A DNA stretch of 64,000 bases, taken from sequence record DRR723986_618. One strand, 5' to 3'. The notes under the pieces are model-generated. The model searched no databases. It was not told the origin of the DNA and saw only the letters and a list, made by a program, of their open reading frames with translations. Numbering within the stretch: position 1 is the stretch's first letter; the number at the start of each line of letters is the position of its first letter. Below, piece by piece: positions 20,887 to 31,137 of this stretch. Made by a program: the position numbers and the translations under genes.

Positions 20887-22448
20887 TGCGCCAGTATCAA
20901 CGCCTGCGATTGGTTCTCGGTGACCAACTGAATGCCAGCCACAGCTGGTACCGAGAGCACGACGATCAAACCCTTTACATTATTGCCGAGCTGCATCAGG
21001 AAGCCAGCTACTGCCGACACCACATTCAGAAACTGTGCGGCTTTTTCGCCGCCATGGAGCAGTTTGCCAATGCGCTAAAAAAAGCGGGCCACCATGTCCT
21101 GCACCTGAACCTGGATGACACTGCAGAAGATGCCGACCTCAACGCCCTGCTGCAACGCTTATGCCGCCACTACGCGGTTTCACAGCTGGAGTATCAGCAA
21201 CCTGACGAGTACCGGGTGCACCAGCAGTTACAAGCGCTGACACTAGCAAATGGCGTGCAGCATCACTGCGTAGACAGCGAGCACTTCATGCTGCCCTTTG
21301 CGGAACTGGGGCAGTATTTTACGGCAGGCAAAGCCCAGAAAATGGAATTTTTCTATCGCAAAATGCGCAAACGCTTTCACGTGTTAATGGACGGGGAAAA
21401 CGGCGATGAGCCCCGTGGCGGGCGGTGGAATTACGATGCAGATAACCGCAACAAGCTTAGTGCTGAAGACCTTGACGGCATCCCCGAGGCGCTGTGTTTT
21501 GCCAACCCCGTTGGGCCGATCCGCGAGCGCATTGCCCGCCACAACATCGCCAGCATCGGCCAGGGCGGCGACGAGCTTCCCTGGCCGATTACCCGCCAGC
21601 AGGCCCTGCAACTGCTCACGTATTTTTGTGAGCAGCTGCTACCGAACTTCGGCCGCTTTCAAGACGCCATGACTGCACGTAGCGAGCATCGGTGGAGCCT
21701 TTACCACTCGCGCCTCGCCTTTGCGATGAACAGCAAGCTGTTGTCGCCAAAGCAGGTGATTGATGCATCTCTGAATGCCTTTGAGCGAAGCGATGGCGCG
21801 ATAGACATTGCGCAAATCGAGGGTTTTATCCGCCAAATTTTAGGCTGGCGAGAATTTGTGCGCGGCGTTTATTGGGCAAATATGCCCGACTACGGCGAGC
21901 GCAATGCCCTGAATGCCCAGCGACCGCTGCCGCGTTGGTATTGGAACGGCGAGACACACATGCACTGCCTGAAGCAGGCAATAGACCAGTCGCTGACGCA
22001 CGCCTACGCCCATCATATCCAACGCCTAATGGTCACCGGGAACTTTGCGCTGCTGGCTGGCATTCATCCCGATGCGGTCGACAGCTGGTACCTGGGCATT
22101 TATATCGATGCCCTGGAGTGGGTGGAAATGCCCAATACTCGCGGCATGAGCCAGTACGCCGATGGCGGCTTGGTGGCCAGTAAAGCCTACGCCGCAAGCG
22201 GTAACTATATGAACAAAATGAGCGACTACTGCGGCGACTGCCACTACAAGGTAAAAGAAAAGACGGGCGAGCGAAGCTGCCCTTTAAATAGCCTGTACTG
22301 GCATTTTATGCTGCGCCACCGCGAGAATTTTGCGCGCAACCCGAGGGTGGGCATGGTTTACAAAAGCTGGGATAAGATGGCTGATGACAAGCAACAAGCC
22401 GTGTTGCAACGCGCCGACTGGTGCCTGGAGAATATCGACACGCTATAG
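20886..22448 (+). CDS. FeS-cluster bacterial cryptochrome/(6-4) photolyase (PhrB/CryB-like)
   Basis: LVLGDQL, GGRWNYD..NR, EGFIRQILGWREF, YAHHIQRLM, Fe-S Cys in HCL, YCGDC, SCP. Confidence 0.92.
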   Translation: MRQYQRLRLVLGDQLNASHSWYREHDDQTLYIIAELHQEASYCRHHIQKLCGFFAAMEQFANALKKAGHHVLHLNLDDTAEDADLNALLQRLCRHYAVSQLEYQQPDEYRVHQQLQALTLANGVQHHCVDSEHFMLPFAELGQYFTAGKAQKMEFFYRKMRKRFHVLMDGENGDEPRGGRWNYDADNRNKLSAEDLDGIPEALCFANPVGPIRERIARHNIASIGQGGDELPWPITRQQALQLLTYFCEQLLPNFGRFQDAMTARSEHRWSLYHSRLAFAMNSKLLSPKQVIDASLNAFERSDGAIDIAQIEGFIRQILGWREFVRGVYWANMPDYGERNALNAQRPLPRWYWNGETHMHCLKQAIDQSLTHAYAHHIQRLMVTGNFALLAGIHPDAVDSWYLGIYIDALEWVEMPNTRGMSQYADGGLVASKAYAASGNYMNKMSDYCGDCHYKVKEKTGERSCPLNSLYWHFMLRHRENFARNPRVGMVYKSWDKMADDKQQAVLQRADWCLENIDTL

Positions 22449-22476
22449 TGTTTGCACCTTTACACAGGAGCGCCAC

Positions 22477-22722
22477 ATGGAAGACAGCCAAGTACGCGAC
22501 CAGCTCGCCTTAGAGCGCACCCTTCTCGCCAATGAACGCACGCTGCTTGCCTATTTGCGCAGCGCCCTCGCCTTCGCCGCTGCTGGTGCAGCCATCCTTC
22601 ATTTCTACGCTCAACAAGCGCTGCTGGTCACCTTGGCATGGGGCTTAGTCGCCGCCGGCGCGGCCATCGGCATTTGGGGCGCCTACCGCTTTGCTCAAGT
22701 TCGCAGGCGCCTGCGCAATTAA
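22477..22722 (+). CDS. DUF202/YidH-like small membrane protein
   Basis: RDQLALERTLLANERTLLAYLRS; RBS AGGAG upstream. Confidence 0.85.
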   Translation: MEDSQVRDQLALERTLLANERTLLAYLRSALAFAAAGAAILHFYAQQALLVTLAWGLVAAGAAIGIWGAYRFAQVRRRLRN

Positions 22723-23159
22723 ACCAGGCGAACAATGAACAGCCCGGCGAGCAAGCAGGCGATCGCGACGCTGCTAAGGCAGCAGCGCAAACTGATATAC
22801 CAGCTGGGTAAACCATAGCGGTAATAGCGAAACAAGTCATAACACCAGAGAATACCGAGTAGGATGGCCAACGTGAGGTAGGCTTGCGCCATTGGCATCC
22901 ACACCGTGAATGCCACCGCGATCGCCGCCGCCATTCCCAGCAAGGCATCGTTGAAGCGCGGCGCCGAAAAGGTCCCTCCCCAAAGCGTTCCCGCCATAAA
23001 AGCGGTGATTGCCACGCCATAACTGTGCAACGCCACCTGGCCGGTCAGGCCAGCCCAACTGCCGCCGACATACACCGCCCACAGCGCTGCAATAAACGGT
23101 ATCGCACCCAGCGCACCTGCCAGCAGGTAGCTGCGTTGCGCAATGCCTGTTGTCGCCAT
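22719..23159 (-). CDS. DUF3429-like membrane protein
   Basis: GAIPF, YGVAITAFMAGTLWG, P.WY..LR. Confidence 0.8.
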   Translation of the reverse strand: MATTGIAQRSYLLAGALGAIPFIAALWAVYVGGSWAGLTGQVALHSYGVAITAFMAGTLWGGTFSAPRFNDALLGMAAAIAVAFTVWMPMAQAYLTLAILLGILWCYDLFRYYRYGLPSWYISLRCCLSSVAIACLLAGLFIVRLV

Positions 23160-23224
23160 AAATCTTCTCCTCTTTCGTCAGTGATACGAAAAACAAGAAA
23201 AGCCCGGATTTATCGGCCAGAAAC

Positions 23225-23248
23225 AAAAAAGCGCCCGAGGGCGGGCGC
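23225..23248 (-). terminator. Intrinsic terminator after lipoprotein hydrolase
   Basis: Minus strand GCGCCCG-CCCT-CGGGCGC then TTTTTT. Confidence 0.8.
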
Positions 23249-23294
23249 AAGCTGTGAAACGACCACCCGGGAGAGTGGTCACGCACTAAAAGTG

Positions 23295-25235
23295 TTAGCG
23301 GTAGGGGACGATCTGAAACAGCACATCGGTCAACTGAAAGGTGCCCGCGGGCTTTTGGTCAAAGGCTAATTTAATTGACGACAGCGCACCCAGGTCGACA
23401 CCGGCATCGTGAATCACTTTGGCATCCAGTCGGAACGGCAGCATATTAATGACCGTCTTGGCTCCGGTATCGCGCGCCGATACCGTCAGCCCCGGCGGAA
23501 AATACAGCGCGTCGCTGTAGTCACTGGCGAGCAAGGTCACGGCGTTGCCAGACACATCGCTGAGCGTGAGATGCAGGTCCTGGCCAGTGGCATTTTCCGG
23601 CGTAACACTCACCCCCATACGGAGCGTCAGAAAGTCTGCCGCGCTGGCGTCAAGACCCTCGGCTGGCAGGGCAAATTCAATACTGGCGCCCGTTCCCAGA
23701 TAGTTGGCAAACACCTGCGGCGCTTTAGAGATGGTTGACGGCGACGGGCAACGGTCTTCATTCATGCCCAGTAAGTCTTCCAGACTACCGCCATTTGGCG
23801 CGCACCAGCCGGTAAAGGTGAAGCCGTCAAATGTATTGGCGCCAAACTCGTTCATCAGTAACGAATCCTCACTGAGCGTCTTGTCGACGACGATCAGGTT
23901 TTCTGACGACTGATGAAAGGACAAATGCAGTCGCTCGTCACAGGTATCAACCCCCTCTGGACAGGCACTGGCGGGCGCGCTGTCCAAAGCGCTCCAATAC
24001 CCGGCGAATTGCTCTTCACCGCCAGCGAAAAGGCGCAGGAAGCTGCTGATCAAAAACTCGCCATGGCGGCGTTGGTCACTGCGGCTAAAGCGGCCGCTTA
24101 CCGGCGAGGCTTCCGTGCAATAGGGGTCAAAGCCATTCAGGGTGGCGTCATCGTTAAACCAAAAGTCGTTGTAGTAATTGTGGTTGGCGCCCATCGCGGT
24201 AAGCATGAACTGCGGCTGCGACACATCGTCGGCGTTGTAGCGAACATTGTCATACATATATACGCCGTGGAGGGTCGACACGTCGCCGTCACAGTAAGGT
24301 GACAGAGTGGCCCAGGCGGTATTGAGCGGCAGTTCGGAGTCAAAATCAGTAGGTGCCAGGGAGAACACCGCCTTTATGTCGTGGGGCTGGTCAAAATCGC
24401 TAGTGCGGCGAAATTGCGGGTCTTGGTTGTAGGTGACGGTTTTGGCAACCCCATTACCACCCCGCGAGTGCCCCATCAGGCCGATGCGGCTGAGGTCAAT
24501 GCTGTCGAGCAAAACACTAAAGTCATTACCGGCCTCATCCTGGTGGTAGGCCGAGTCGGGCTGGGTGGCGATATCGCGGAAAATATCCAAGTGGTGCAAT
24601 ATCACTTCCGCTCGGGCGGTGATGCCCTGGTCGTTAGAACCTGAGTCCTGGGCGTTGATGTCATTCACATCCACCGACAGCACCACATAGCCGTGGGAAG
24701 CCATGGTATCGGCGATATAGTCATAGCCTTTATCCGAGCGGATAGGCACTAAACCGTTTGCCTCGCAGTCCGTGCCCGAGGATTCGTCGCCACTGGCATC
24801 GCCAGTAGTCGAACACGTTGAGTGGCGGCCGTGCTGGAACAAAATCAGCGGAAAGCCGTCTTCGGGTATGTCACTGGCGCTGTCTACCACCGGGTAGTGA
24901 ATCACGCCGAGAATATCCACCGGGTCGGCAAACTGGTCGACGCTGCTGCCGTCGCTATCATCAATATTGCGGGTGGCCATCACCGCGGCATATTGGTAAT
25001 CGATGGGGCCGGCAATCTGGTAGGGGCCCTCCGTGTCAACATCTGGCGCGGCACCATCAAAGCGGCTTTCAGAGAAAACCGGTGTTTCAACTACAGGTGG
25101 GGTGGGATCATCGACTACGCCTCCCTCTCCCCCTGCGCCCGATGAGCTTCCCGATCCACCACAGGCGGTCAGTAACATCAGTGCACTACCTACGATCCAC
25201 TTGCGAGGCGAATCAAAAGACGACGAATAAACCAT
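23295..25235 (-). CDS. Lipoprotein alpha/beta hydrolase
   Basis: RBS AAGGAG; lipobox LTAC + Gly/Ser linker; PLILFQHGRH, GHSRGG nucleophile elbow, CDGDV, GANHNYYN. Confidence 0.8.
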   Translation of the reverse strand: MVYSSSFDSPRKWIVGSALMLLTACGGSGSSSGAGGEGGVVDDPTPPVVETPVFSESRFDGAAPDVDTEGPYQIAGPIDYQYAAVMATRNIDDSDGSSVDQFADPVDILGVIHYPVVDSASDIPEDGFPLILFQHGRHSTCSTTGDASGDESSGTDCEANGLVPIRSDKGYDYIADTMASHGYVVLSVDVNDINAQDSGSNDQGITARAEVILHHLDIFRDIATQPDSAYHQDEAGNDFSVLLDSIDLSRIGLMGHSRGGNGVAKTVTYNQDPQFRRTSDFDQPHDIKAVFSLAPTDFDSELPLNTAWATLSPYCDGDVSTLHGVYMYDNVRYNADDVSQPQFMLTAMGANHNYYNDFWFNDDATLNGFDPYCTEASPVSGRFSRSDQRRHGEFLISSFLRLFAGGEEQFAGYWSALDSAPASACPEGVDTCDERLHLSFHQSSENLIVVDKTLSEDSLLMNEFGANTFDGFTFTGWCAPNGGSLEDLLGMNEDRCPSPSTISKAPQVFANYLGTGASIEFALPAEGLDASAADFLTLRMGVSVTPENATGQDLHLTLSDVSGNAVTLLASDYSDALYFPPGLTVSARDTGAKTVINMLPFRLDAKVIHDAGVDLGALSSIKLAFDQKPAGTFQLTDVLFQIVPYR

Positions 25236-25585
25236 GACACCACTCCTTACTGCTTTAAAGGATGACTTGCATCGGTGCCCTCCTGGCTTACGCTGCAAAA
25301 GTAGCCGCTGCATAACTCACTATCGCAGCGGCGAATAACAAGGTCACTGCAGCTTTAATGCCAGCTTTTCAAAAATTAGTATTGCAGTGAAAGTCGGTGT
25401 TTTTTCGATCAATCGCGCATCTAACGCCCTTTTATAGGGCGCTGCGGGATGCATTCAGCACGTAGTGCACCAGTAATGACCGCGCCAGTGCGCTCACTGG
25501 AAGCGGGTTTTCAACTTGCGGCCAACACCACATCAAGCTATAAGAAGCCGCCATTTTCATTGCAAACTCCGGTACACTTGAGCGC

Positions 25586-26368
25586 ATGGATTCAAAACCT
25601 CAAAACGCAGAACTCCCCTTCGGCAGCGCGCCGCAATTTCGCTTGAAAGCGGGCTTGTTCCCGCTGACGCAACTCGATATCAGCGACTATGAGCACAGCT
25701 GCTTTGAGCAGCAGTTGCGCGCCAAAGCCGCTGAAGCGCCGGCCTTTTTCCAGCACACCCCGGTCGTGCTCAACCTAGAGCCCTACCAGGGCACGCTGGC
25801 GCCGCCCGTGCAGGAAATGGCGGCACTGTGCCGCGAGCATGGCTTGATTCCCGTCGCCCTGCGCAGCCCGGATGATGCAATACAGGAACAGGCGCGCGTT
25901 TGCGGCCTGGCCATCATGCCGGCGGGTCGCCCCGCTCGCGAAACTGCCGAGACATCTGACACCTCCGGGGCTTGCGAGACCGCGGCGGCCAAAGCAGAGC
26001 CAGAGACCGCCGCGCCAACCAGCGAGGCGCCCACCGCGCGGCCCAGCAAAGTGATCGACACGCCGATTCGCTCCGGCCAACAGGTTTACGCCGCCGGCGG
26101 CGACTTAATTGTGCTGTCGTCGGTATCAGCCGGCGCGGAAGTACTCGCCGATGGCAATATTCATGTTTACGGCGCACTCCGCGGACGCGCTCTGGCAGGT
26201 GTACGCGGCGACACTTCTGCACGAATATTTTGTCAGAGTTTGGAGGCCGAACTGGTATCTATCGCCGGAACCTTTAAGCTGGATGAAGATTTTCGCGGCC
26301 AGCATTGGAAGTCCGCCGCAAAGATTCGCCTCGACGAGCAAACATTAGAGATTCAACCACTCAGTTAA
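25586..26368 (+). CDS. minC: Septum site-determining protein MinC
   Basis: [42 protein letters not shown]. Confidence 0.96.
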   Translation: MDSKPQNAELPFGSAPQFRLKAGLFPLTQLDISDYEHSCFEQQLRAKAAEAPAFFQHTPVVLNLEPYQGTLAPPVQEMAALCREHGLIPVALRSPDDAIQEQARVCGLAIMPAGRPARETAETSDTSGACETAAAKAEPETAAPTSEAPTARPSKVIDTPIRSGQQVYAAGGDLIVLSSVSAGAEVLADGNIHVYGALRGRALAGVRGDTSARIFCQSLEAELVSIAGTFKLDEDFRGQHWKSAAKIRLDEQTLEIQPLS

Positions 26369-26417
26369 TTGAAAGAAGGGCGCAACCCGCCCTGCCAACA
26401 TATAAGGGAGCCTTGCT

Positions 26418-27233
26418 TTGGCCAAAATTATTGTCGTGACCTCCGGGAAGGGCGGCGTGGGTAAAACCACCAGCAGTGCCGCAATCAGCAGTGGCTTGGC
26501 GCTACGCGGCCACAAAACTGCCGTTATCGATTTTGATATTGGTTTGCGCAACCTCGACATTGTGATGAACTGCGAGCGCCGCGTTGTCTATGACTTTGTC
26601 AATGTGATCAACGGTGACGCAACGCTGCGCCAGGCACTGATTAAAGATAAGCGCGTCGACAATTTGTATATTCTCCCCGCCTCGCAAACCCGCGACAAAG
26701 ATGCGCTGAGCATGGACGGTGTAGAGCGCGTACTTAAAGAGCTCGCCGACGACGGTTTTGAATACATTATTTGCGACTCACCCGCGGGCATTGAGCACGG
26801 TGCCTTTATGGCGCTGTACTTCGCCGACACCGCGATCGTGGTTGCCAACCCCGAGGTAAGCTCAGTGCGAGACTCCGACCGCATTCTCGGTATTTTGCAG
26901 AGCAAATCCCGCCGCGCCGAAAACGGCGAGCGCGTGGAAGAATACCTGCTACTCACCCGCTACAACCCGGAGCGCGTGGCCAAGGGCGAAATGCTGGCGG
27001 TGGAAGATGTCGAAGAAATTCTGGCAACCAAACTGCTGGGTGTTATCCCAGAGTCAGAAACCGTATTGAAGGCGTCAAACCAGGGTATTCCGGTTATTCA
27101 CGACGACCAGAGCACAGCGGGGCAAGCCTATAGCGACGCCGTGGCACGCTTACTCGGCGAAGAGGTGGAGCAACGTTTTATTCACGCGGAACAAAAAGGC
27201 CTGTTCAAGCGCCTGTTCGGGAGGACTGCATGA
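26418..27233 (+). CDS. minD: Septum site-determining ATPase MinD
   Basis: [29 protein letters not shown]-terminal GLFKRLFG. Confidence 0.98.
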   Translation: MAKIIVVTSGKGGVGKTTSSAAISSGLALRGHKTAVIDFDIGLRNLDIVMNCERRVVYDFVNVINGDATLRQALIKDKRVDNLYILPASQTRDKDALSMDGVERVLKELADDGFEYIICDSPAGIEHGAFMALYFADTAIVVANPEVSSVRDSDRILGILQSKSRRAENGERVEEYLLLTRYNPERVAKGEMLAVEDVEEILATKLLGVIPESETVLKASNQGIPVIHDDQSTAGQAYSDAVARLLGEEVEQRFIHAEQKGLFKRLFGRTA

Positions 27234-27481
27234 GCATCCTGGACTTTTTCCGCAACAACAAAAAAGATACCGCCGCCGTCGCCAAAGAGCGGCTGCAAAT
27301 CATTGTTGCTCACGAACGTAATCAACGGAACCAGCCCGACTATTTGCCAAAACTTCAGCAAGAGCTGCTGGAAGTGATACGCAAGTACGTGGATGTGAAC
27401 CAGGATCAGGTCGAAGTGGCCCTGGACAATGCCGGCAACTGCTCGGTACTTGAGCTAAACATCACCCTGCCTGACCGCTAA
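27230..27481 (+). CDS. minE: Cell division topological specificity factor MinE
   Basis: [21 protein letters not shown]. Confidence 0.97.
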   Translation: MSILDFFRNNKKDTAAVAKERLQIIVAHERNQRNQPDYLPKLQQELLEVIRKYVDVNQDQVEVALDNAGNCSVLELNITLPDR

Positions 27482-27519
27482 GCCGTGCTGCGGGAATGAC
27501 CAGCGCATTCCCGCCGCCG

Positions 27520-27960
27520 CTAACGTGGTGCAAAGGACTGCATATACGGATTCGCGCTGCTGCGCTGCACATGGATGTATCCGTGCTCGGTGAGTTCGTG
27601 ACAGCTATTGCAGCCATCAATCAACTTATCAAACGCCGTGCTGGCTCGGCTGACATCGCCGCTATCGATTGCCGTTTCCAGCTTTAACACCAGCGGTTTA
27701 AGCGTACTGGCCGACAAGCGCCCTACCGGATAGTCGCCATAGCTTTCAATGTCACTGGCCTGCTTTACCGCCGCTTCCAGCTCGTGGGCATAAAAATCTG
27801 CCAGCGTCAGGTTGCTCGCATCCAGCGACAGCTGCAGTTTGTGCGCAAAGCGCTGCATATCGCCCATCACGGCAATCAGGTCAGGGCTTTCATTTGCCTG
27901 CAATAGCGAACTTCCCGACATAACCGTGCCGACGCACAGCCCTACTATCCATTTCTTCAT
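27520..27960 (-). CDS. Secreted helical c-type cytochrome-like protein
   Basis: Signal peptide MKKWIVGL; single C-terminal CNSCH heme motif after helical region. Confidence 0.7.
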   Translation of the reverse strand: MKKWIVGLCVGTVMSGSSLLQANESPDLIAVMGDMQRFAHKLQLSLDASNLTLADFYAHELEAAVKQASDIESYGDYPVGRLSASTLKPLVLKLETAIDSGDVSRASTAFDKLIDGCNSCHELTEHGYIHVQRSSANPYMQSFAPR

Positions 27961-28024
27961 TGGGCGCTTGTATCCTAAAAAATAAACGGCTGATGTTATA
28001 CCAAAACGCGCAGAGGCGACTCCA

Positions 28025-29104
28025 CTACTGCGGCGATTTGTCGCTATCGCCATGGGCCAACTCATCGTGTAGGAAGCCCATCTGCCGCGCCCGCTGTTCC
28101 CAGCGCTGACGCGCAAATACCTGCATATCAACCACTTCATCGGTTTCGTCGGTAATTTCAAAGCCCAGCAAGGTTTCCACCAAATCCTCGGTTGTTACCA
28201 AGCCGTGCAACTCGCCGTACTCGCCCACGGCCAATGCCATTTGTTTACCGGGTACCAGCATCTTTTGAATCATGCCGCGCAGCGGCAAGTTGTCGGGCAC
28301 AATTAACAGTGGGCGCTGAAGGGTGTGCAGCACTGTGCCCGGCGCCTCGATCGCAGCACGTAAAATTTCGTCTTTGCGCACGAAGGCGTAAACGTTATCG
28401 GCCTGGTCGCGATAAATCGGAATACGGGAGAACGGCAGGCTGGGGTTTTCAGCCAGAACCTGCTCGGCGGTTTTGTCACCATCCAAACTAAAAATCACCG
28501 GCCGTGGGCTCATCACGTCGCGCACTTTTAGGCGACTGAAATGCAGTAAGCTGCGCACGGCGCGTGCTTCGCGCGGCGAGAACACCCCCTCCTCAACACC
28601 CAGTTCGGCAAGGGCGGCAAACTCGGCACGGCTAACGGATGCGGCTTCTTCTTTCTGACTGAAAAAGATGGTTATCCACTGGGTGAGCCAGACCAGCGGC
28701 GACATCAAGCGCTGCACCCATTTCAAAATAAGCGCGCAGGCGGGTGCCAGCTGACGCCAGTAACGCGCGCCCAGCGTTTTGGGAATAATCTCGGAAAAGA
28801 CCAGAATCAACAGGGTGAGTACCGCGGAGATCACCCCGAAATACACTTCGCCAAACAGTGCCGTGGCCTGCGCGCCCGCCCCCGCCGCGCCCACGGTGTG
28901 GGCGATGGTATTCAAACTGAGAATGGCCGCCAGAGGTTTGTCGATATCTTCTTTGCAGCGCTGCCACCATGTCGCGGTGCGCTGACCACTGGCCAAGCCC
29001 GCCGCAATATAGGAAGAGTTAACACTTAACAACACAGCTTCGAGCAGTGAGCAGAGAAAAGACACGCCCAACGCCAAAAAAACATACAGCGCCAATATGG
29101 CCAT
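28025..29104 (-). CDS. CNNM/DUF21-CBS (hemolysin-like) protein
   Basis: SFLCSLLEAVLLS, LNTIAHTVGA, SEIIPKTLG, FSRIPIY, GLVTTEDLVE. Confidence 0.93.
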   Translation of the reverse strand: MAILALYVFLALGVSFLCSLLEAVLLSVNSSYIAAGLASGQRTATWWQRCKEDIDKPLAAILSLNTIAHTVGAAGAGAQATALFGEVYFGVISAVLTLLILVFSEIIPKTLGARYWRQLAPACALILKWVQRLMSPLVWLTQWITIFFSQKEEAASVSRAEFAALAELGVEEGVFSPREARAVRSLLHFSRLKVRDVMSPRPVIFSLDGDKTAEQVLAENPSLPFSRIPIYRDQADNVYAFVRKDEILRAAIEAPGTVLHTLQRPLLIVPDNLPLRGMIQKMLVPGKQMALAVGEYGELHGLVTTEDLVETLLGFEITDETDEVVDMQVFARQRWEQRARQMGFLHDELAHGDSDKSPQ

Positions 29105-29209
29105 TACGCTTACGCCTCATCGTGGTATCGATAGCGCTAACTGTGTCACAGCTTTCGCCGGACTTAAATCCTCTGCGCGAACAAAGTCGGCAAACAGCAG
29201 AGCCGTGCT

Positions 29210-29638
29210 TTAGCCATTCGCCGCCGGGCGCTGACCACCGCACAGAATGTCACTCACCAACTCGGTGTCCATATATTCCTTTAGCTCGATAATGCGCCCG
29301 TCTTTGAAACGAAAGAGAAAGTGGTAACGGTTGTGATAATGCTGACCAGAGCTGTGGTCGCCGCGACTCTCGGCCTCCACCGCCACGCGTTCACCCTCGG
29401 CAGTGGTCGCGGTGATCGTGAACTTAAGGCCATTTGGGAAGGCATCCAGTACGCCCACTGCGGACGTCGAGATTTCTTCCAGATTATAACGGCCGGAAAT
29501 CAACGTCCGGCCCGAGGTCCACAGGGTCGCATCAGGGTGATAAAAGGCTAAAAAACCTTCGGTGTCGCCCGCCGACAAGCACTCAATAAAGCGGATGGCC
29601 CGCTGACGATTCTGTTCACTTAGCGACGTGTCTGCCAC
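29210..29638 (-). CDS. SnoaL/NTF2-like protein
   Basis: AEGERVAVE, Y.NRYHFLFRFKDGRI..KEYMDT. Confidence 0.88.
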   Translation of the reverse strand: MADTSLSEQNRQRAIRFIECLSAGDTEGFLAFYHPDATLWTSGRTLISGRYNLEEISTSAVGVLDAFPNGLKFTITATTAEGERVAVEAESRGDHSSGQHYHNRYHFLFRFKDGRIIELKEYMDTELVSDILCGGQRPAANG

Positions 29639-29639
29639 G

Positions 29640-30020
29640 CTACTCGCCCTCCTGTTTCTTTATTTTGGCCATTAGCCCCATCAGCGCCATGCGCATTTTA
29701 GAGGCTCTTGGGTAGCCAATATACTGGGTTAGAAACAGTACGGCCTCCTCCAATTGGGCCTCGTCCAGCTCCCCGCGTGTAAACGCCGACTGCGCCTGAA
29801 TGGTGAAGGTCATGTCCTCCCCCTGGGCCGCTATTGCCCCCAGCAGCAACAGCCTGCGGTCGCGAATGCTTAGGGTGTCGTTGTCCCACAGGTCGCCAAA
29901 CAGCGAGCCCAACATGAAATCGAAAAAGCGGTCTTCACCTTCCTTGGGGGGCTCGGGCAGGGCATTGCAATACACCTCTTTAAACTTTTCGATACCGCGT
30001 TCACGTTTTGACTCTGTCAT
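29640..30020 (-). CDS. Carboxymuconolactone decarboxylase family protein
   Basis: FGDLW...LSIRDRRLLLLG, FL..Y.GYPR. Confidence 0.85.
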   Translation of the reverse strand: MTESKRERGIEKFKEVYCNALPEPPKEGEDRFFDFMLGSLFGDLWDNDTLSIRDRRLLLLGAIAAQGEDMTFTIQAQSAFTRGELDEAQLEEAVLFLTQYIGYPRASKMRMALMGLMAKIKKQEGE

Positions 30021-30030
30021 AGCAGCGCTC

Positions 30031-30771
30031 CTACACCCGCATAAACTGACCGCCGTCCACGTTTAATATGTGGCCGGTGATCCAAGAGGCTTTGTCGGAC
30101 AACAAAAACAGTGCCGCATCGGCCATATCATCAGGCGTGCCGAGACGACTCAGCGGCATTTGCTTGACCAACTCGTCGGCGTAGTCACCGGCAGTGTTGC
30201 GCAAGCCCTGGGTCTCGGTGGGGCCGGGAGCGATAGCGTTGATGCGAATTTTTCGCCAGCCCAGCTCATTGGCAAGCGAGCAGGTCAGGCCATTGAGTGC
30301 CAGTTTGGCTACGCCGTAAAAACCGATATTCATCCACGCCGCTGTGGAGGACTGATTTACTATCGCCGAGCCTTCCGGCATGTGCGGAACACAGGCGCGC
30401 GCCATTAACAGGCTGCCGTGAACATTCACGCGCATGAAGGTATCGAGGTAGTCCATATCGACATTCATATAACCTTCGATCTTCATATCGCCAAAGATCG
30501 CCGCATTGTTTATGAGGTAATCGATCTTGCCGTAGGCAGATTTCGCGGCGTCCGCACAGGCAATACACGAGGCCTCATCACCCACGTCGGTGCGCACAAA
30601 CATCGCCTCACCGCCGCCCTGCTGAATGTCGGCAACGACGCGCTCGCCTTGCTCGGCATTTAGCTCGGCGACAACAACCCGCATGCCCTCGGCGGCGCAG
30701 CGTTTGGCATAGCCTTCGCCAATTCCCTGCCCCGCCCCGGTAACTACCACTACTTTGTTGTGAAAACTCAT
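30031..30771 (-). CDS. SDR oxidoreductase (Rv0769-like)
   Basis: TGAGQGIG, NNAAIFG, NQSSTAAW..FYGVAK, NVDGG. Confidence 0.93.
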   Translation of the reverse strand: MSFHNKVVVVTGAGQGIGEGYAKRCAAEGMRVVVAELNAEQGERVVADIQQGGGEAMFVRTDVGDEASCIACADAAKSAYGKIDYLINNAAIFGDMKIEGYMNVDMDYLDTFMRVNVHGSLLMARACVPHMPEGSAIVNQSSTAAWMNIGFYGVAKLALNGLTCSLANELGWRKIRINAIAPGPTETQGLRNTAGDYADELVKQMPLSRLGTPDDMADAALFLLSDKASWITGHILNVDGGQFMRV

Positions 30772-30805
30772 TATTATTTTCTCGTTTTAATTGTAAATGC
30801 AGGGC

Positions 30806-31126
30806 CTAGGCCTGTTCTTCCGGTAGCTCTACACGCATGCCTTCAAGCGCGGGCGTCACGGGAATCTGGCAGCCCAGACGGCTGTTGGCACGGCGATCAA
30901 TCGCGTTCTCCAACATACTGTTTTCGCCATCACTGAGCGGCGGCATCTGGCTTTGCCATTCCTCGGGGATATAGCAGTGGCAGGTTGCACAGGAGCAAAT
31001 CCCACCACACATCCCCTCGACACCGGGCACCATGTTCAAGGTGGCTCCCTCCATCAAACTCATCTGCTCATCGACATCGACCGCGTGTTCGGTGCCGTCG
31101 TGTTCAACATAGGTGATAGCAACCAT
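30806..31126 (-). CDS. 2Fe-2S ferredoxin (putidaredoxin/adrenodoxin type)
   Basis: CGGICSCATCH ... SRLGCQ. Confidence 0.95.
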   Translation of the reverse strand: MVAITYVEHDGTEHAVDVDEQMSLMEGATLNMVPGVEGMCGGICSCATCHCYIPEEWQSQMPPLSDGENSMLENAIDRRANSRLGCQIPVTPALEGMRVELPEEQA

Positions 31127-31137
31127 TTTTCTCTCCT

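Noticed and set aside
25236-25313. Upstream in-frame starts given by the ORF track (also for cyoD, MFS, P450, OYE, yaiI and others)
   Set aside because: Downstream ATGs have better RBS or overlap context and match family N-termini
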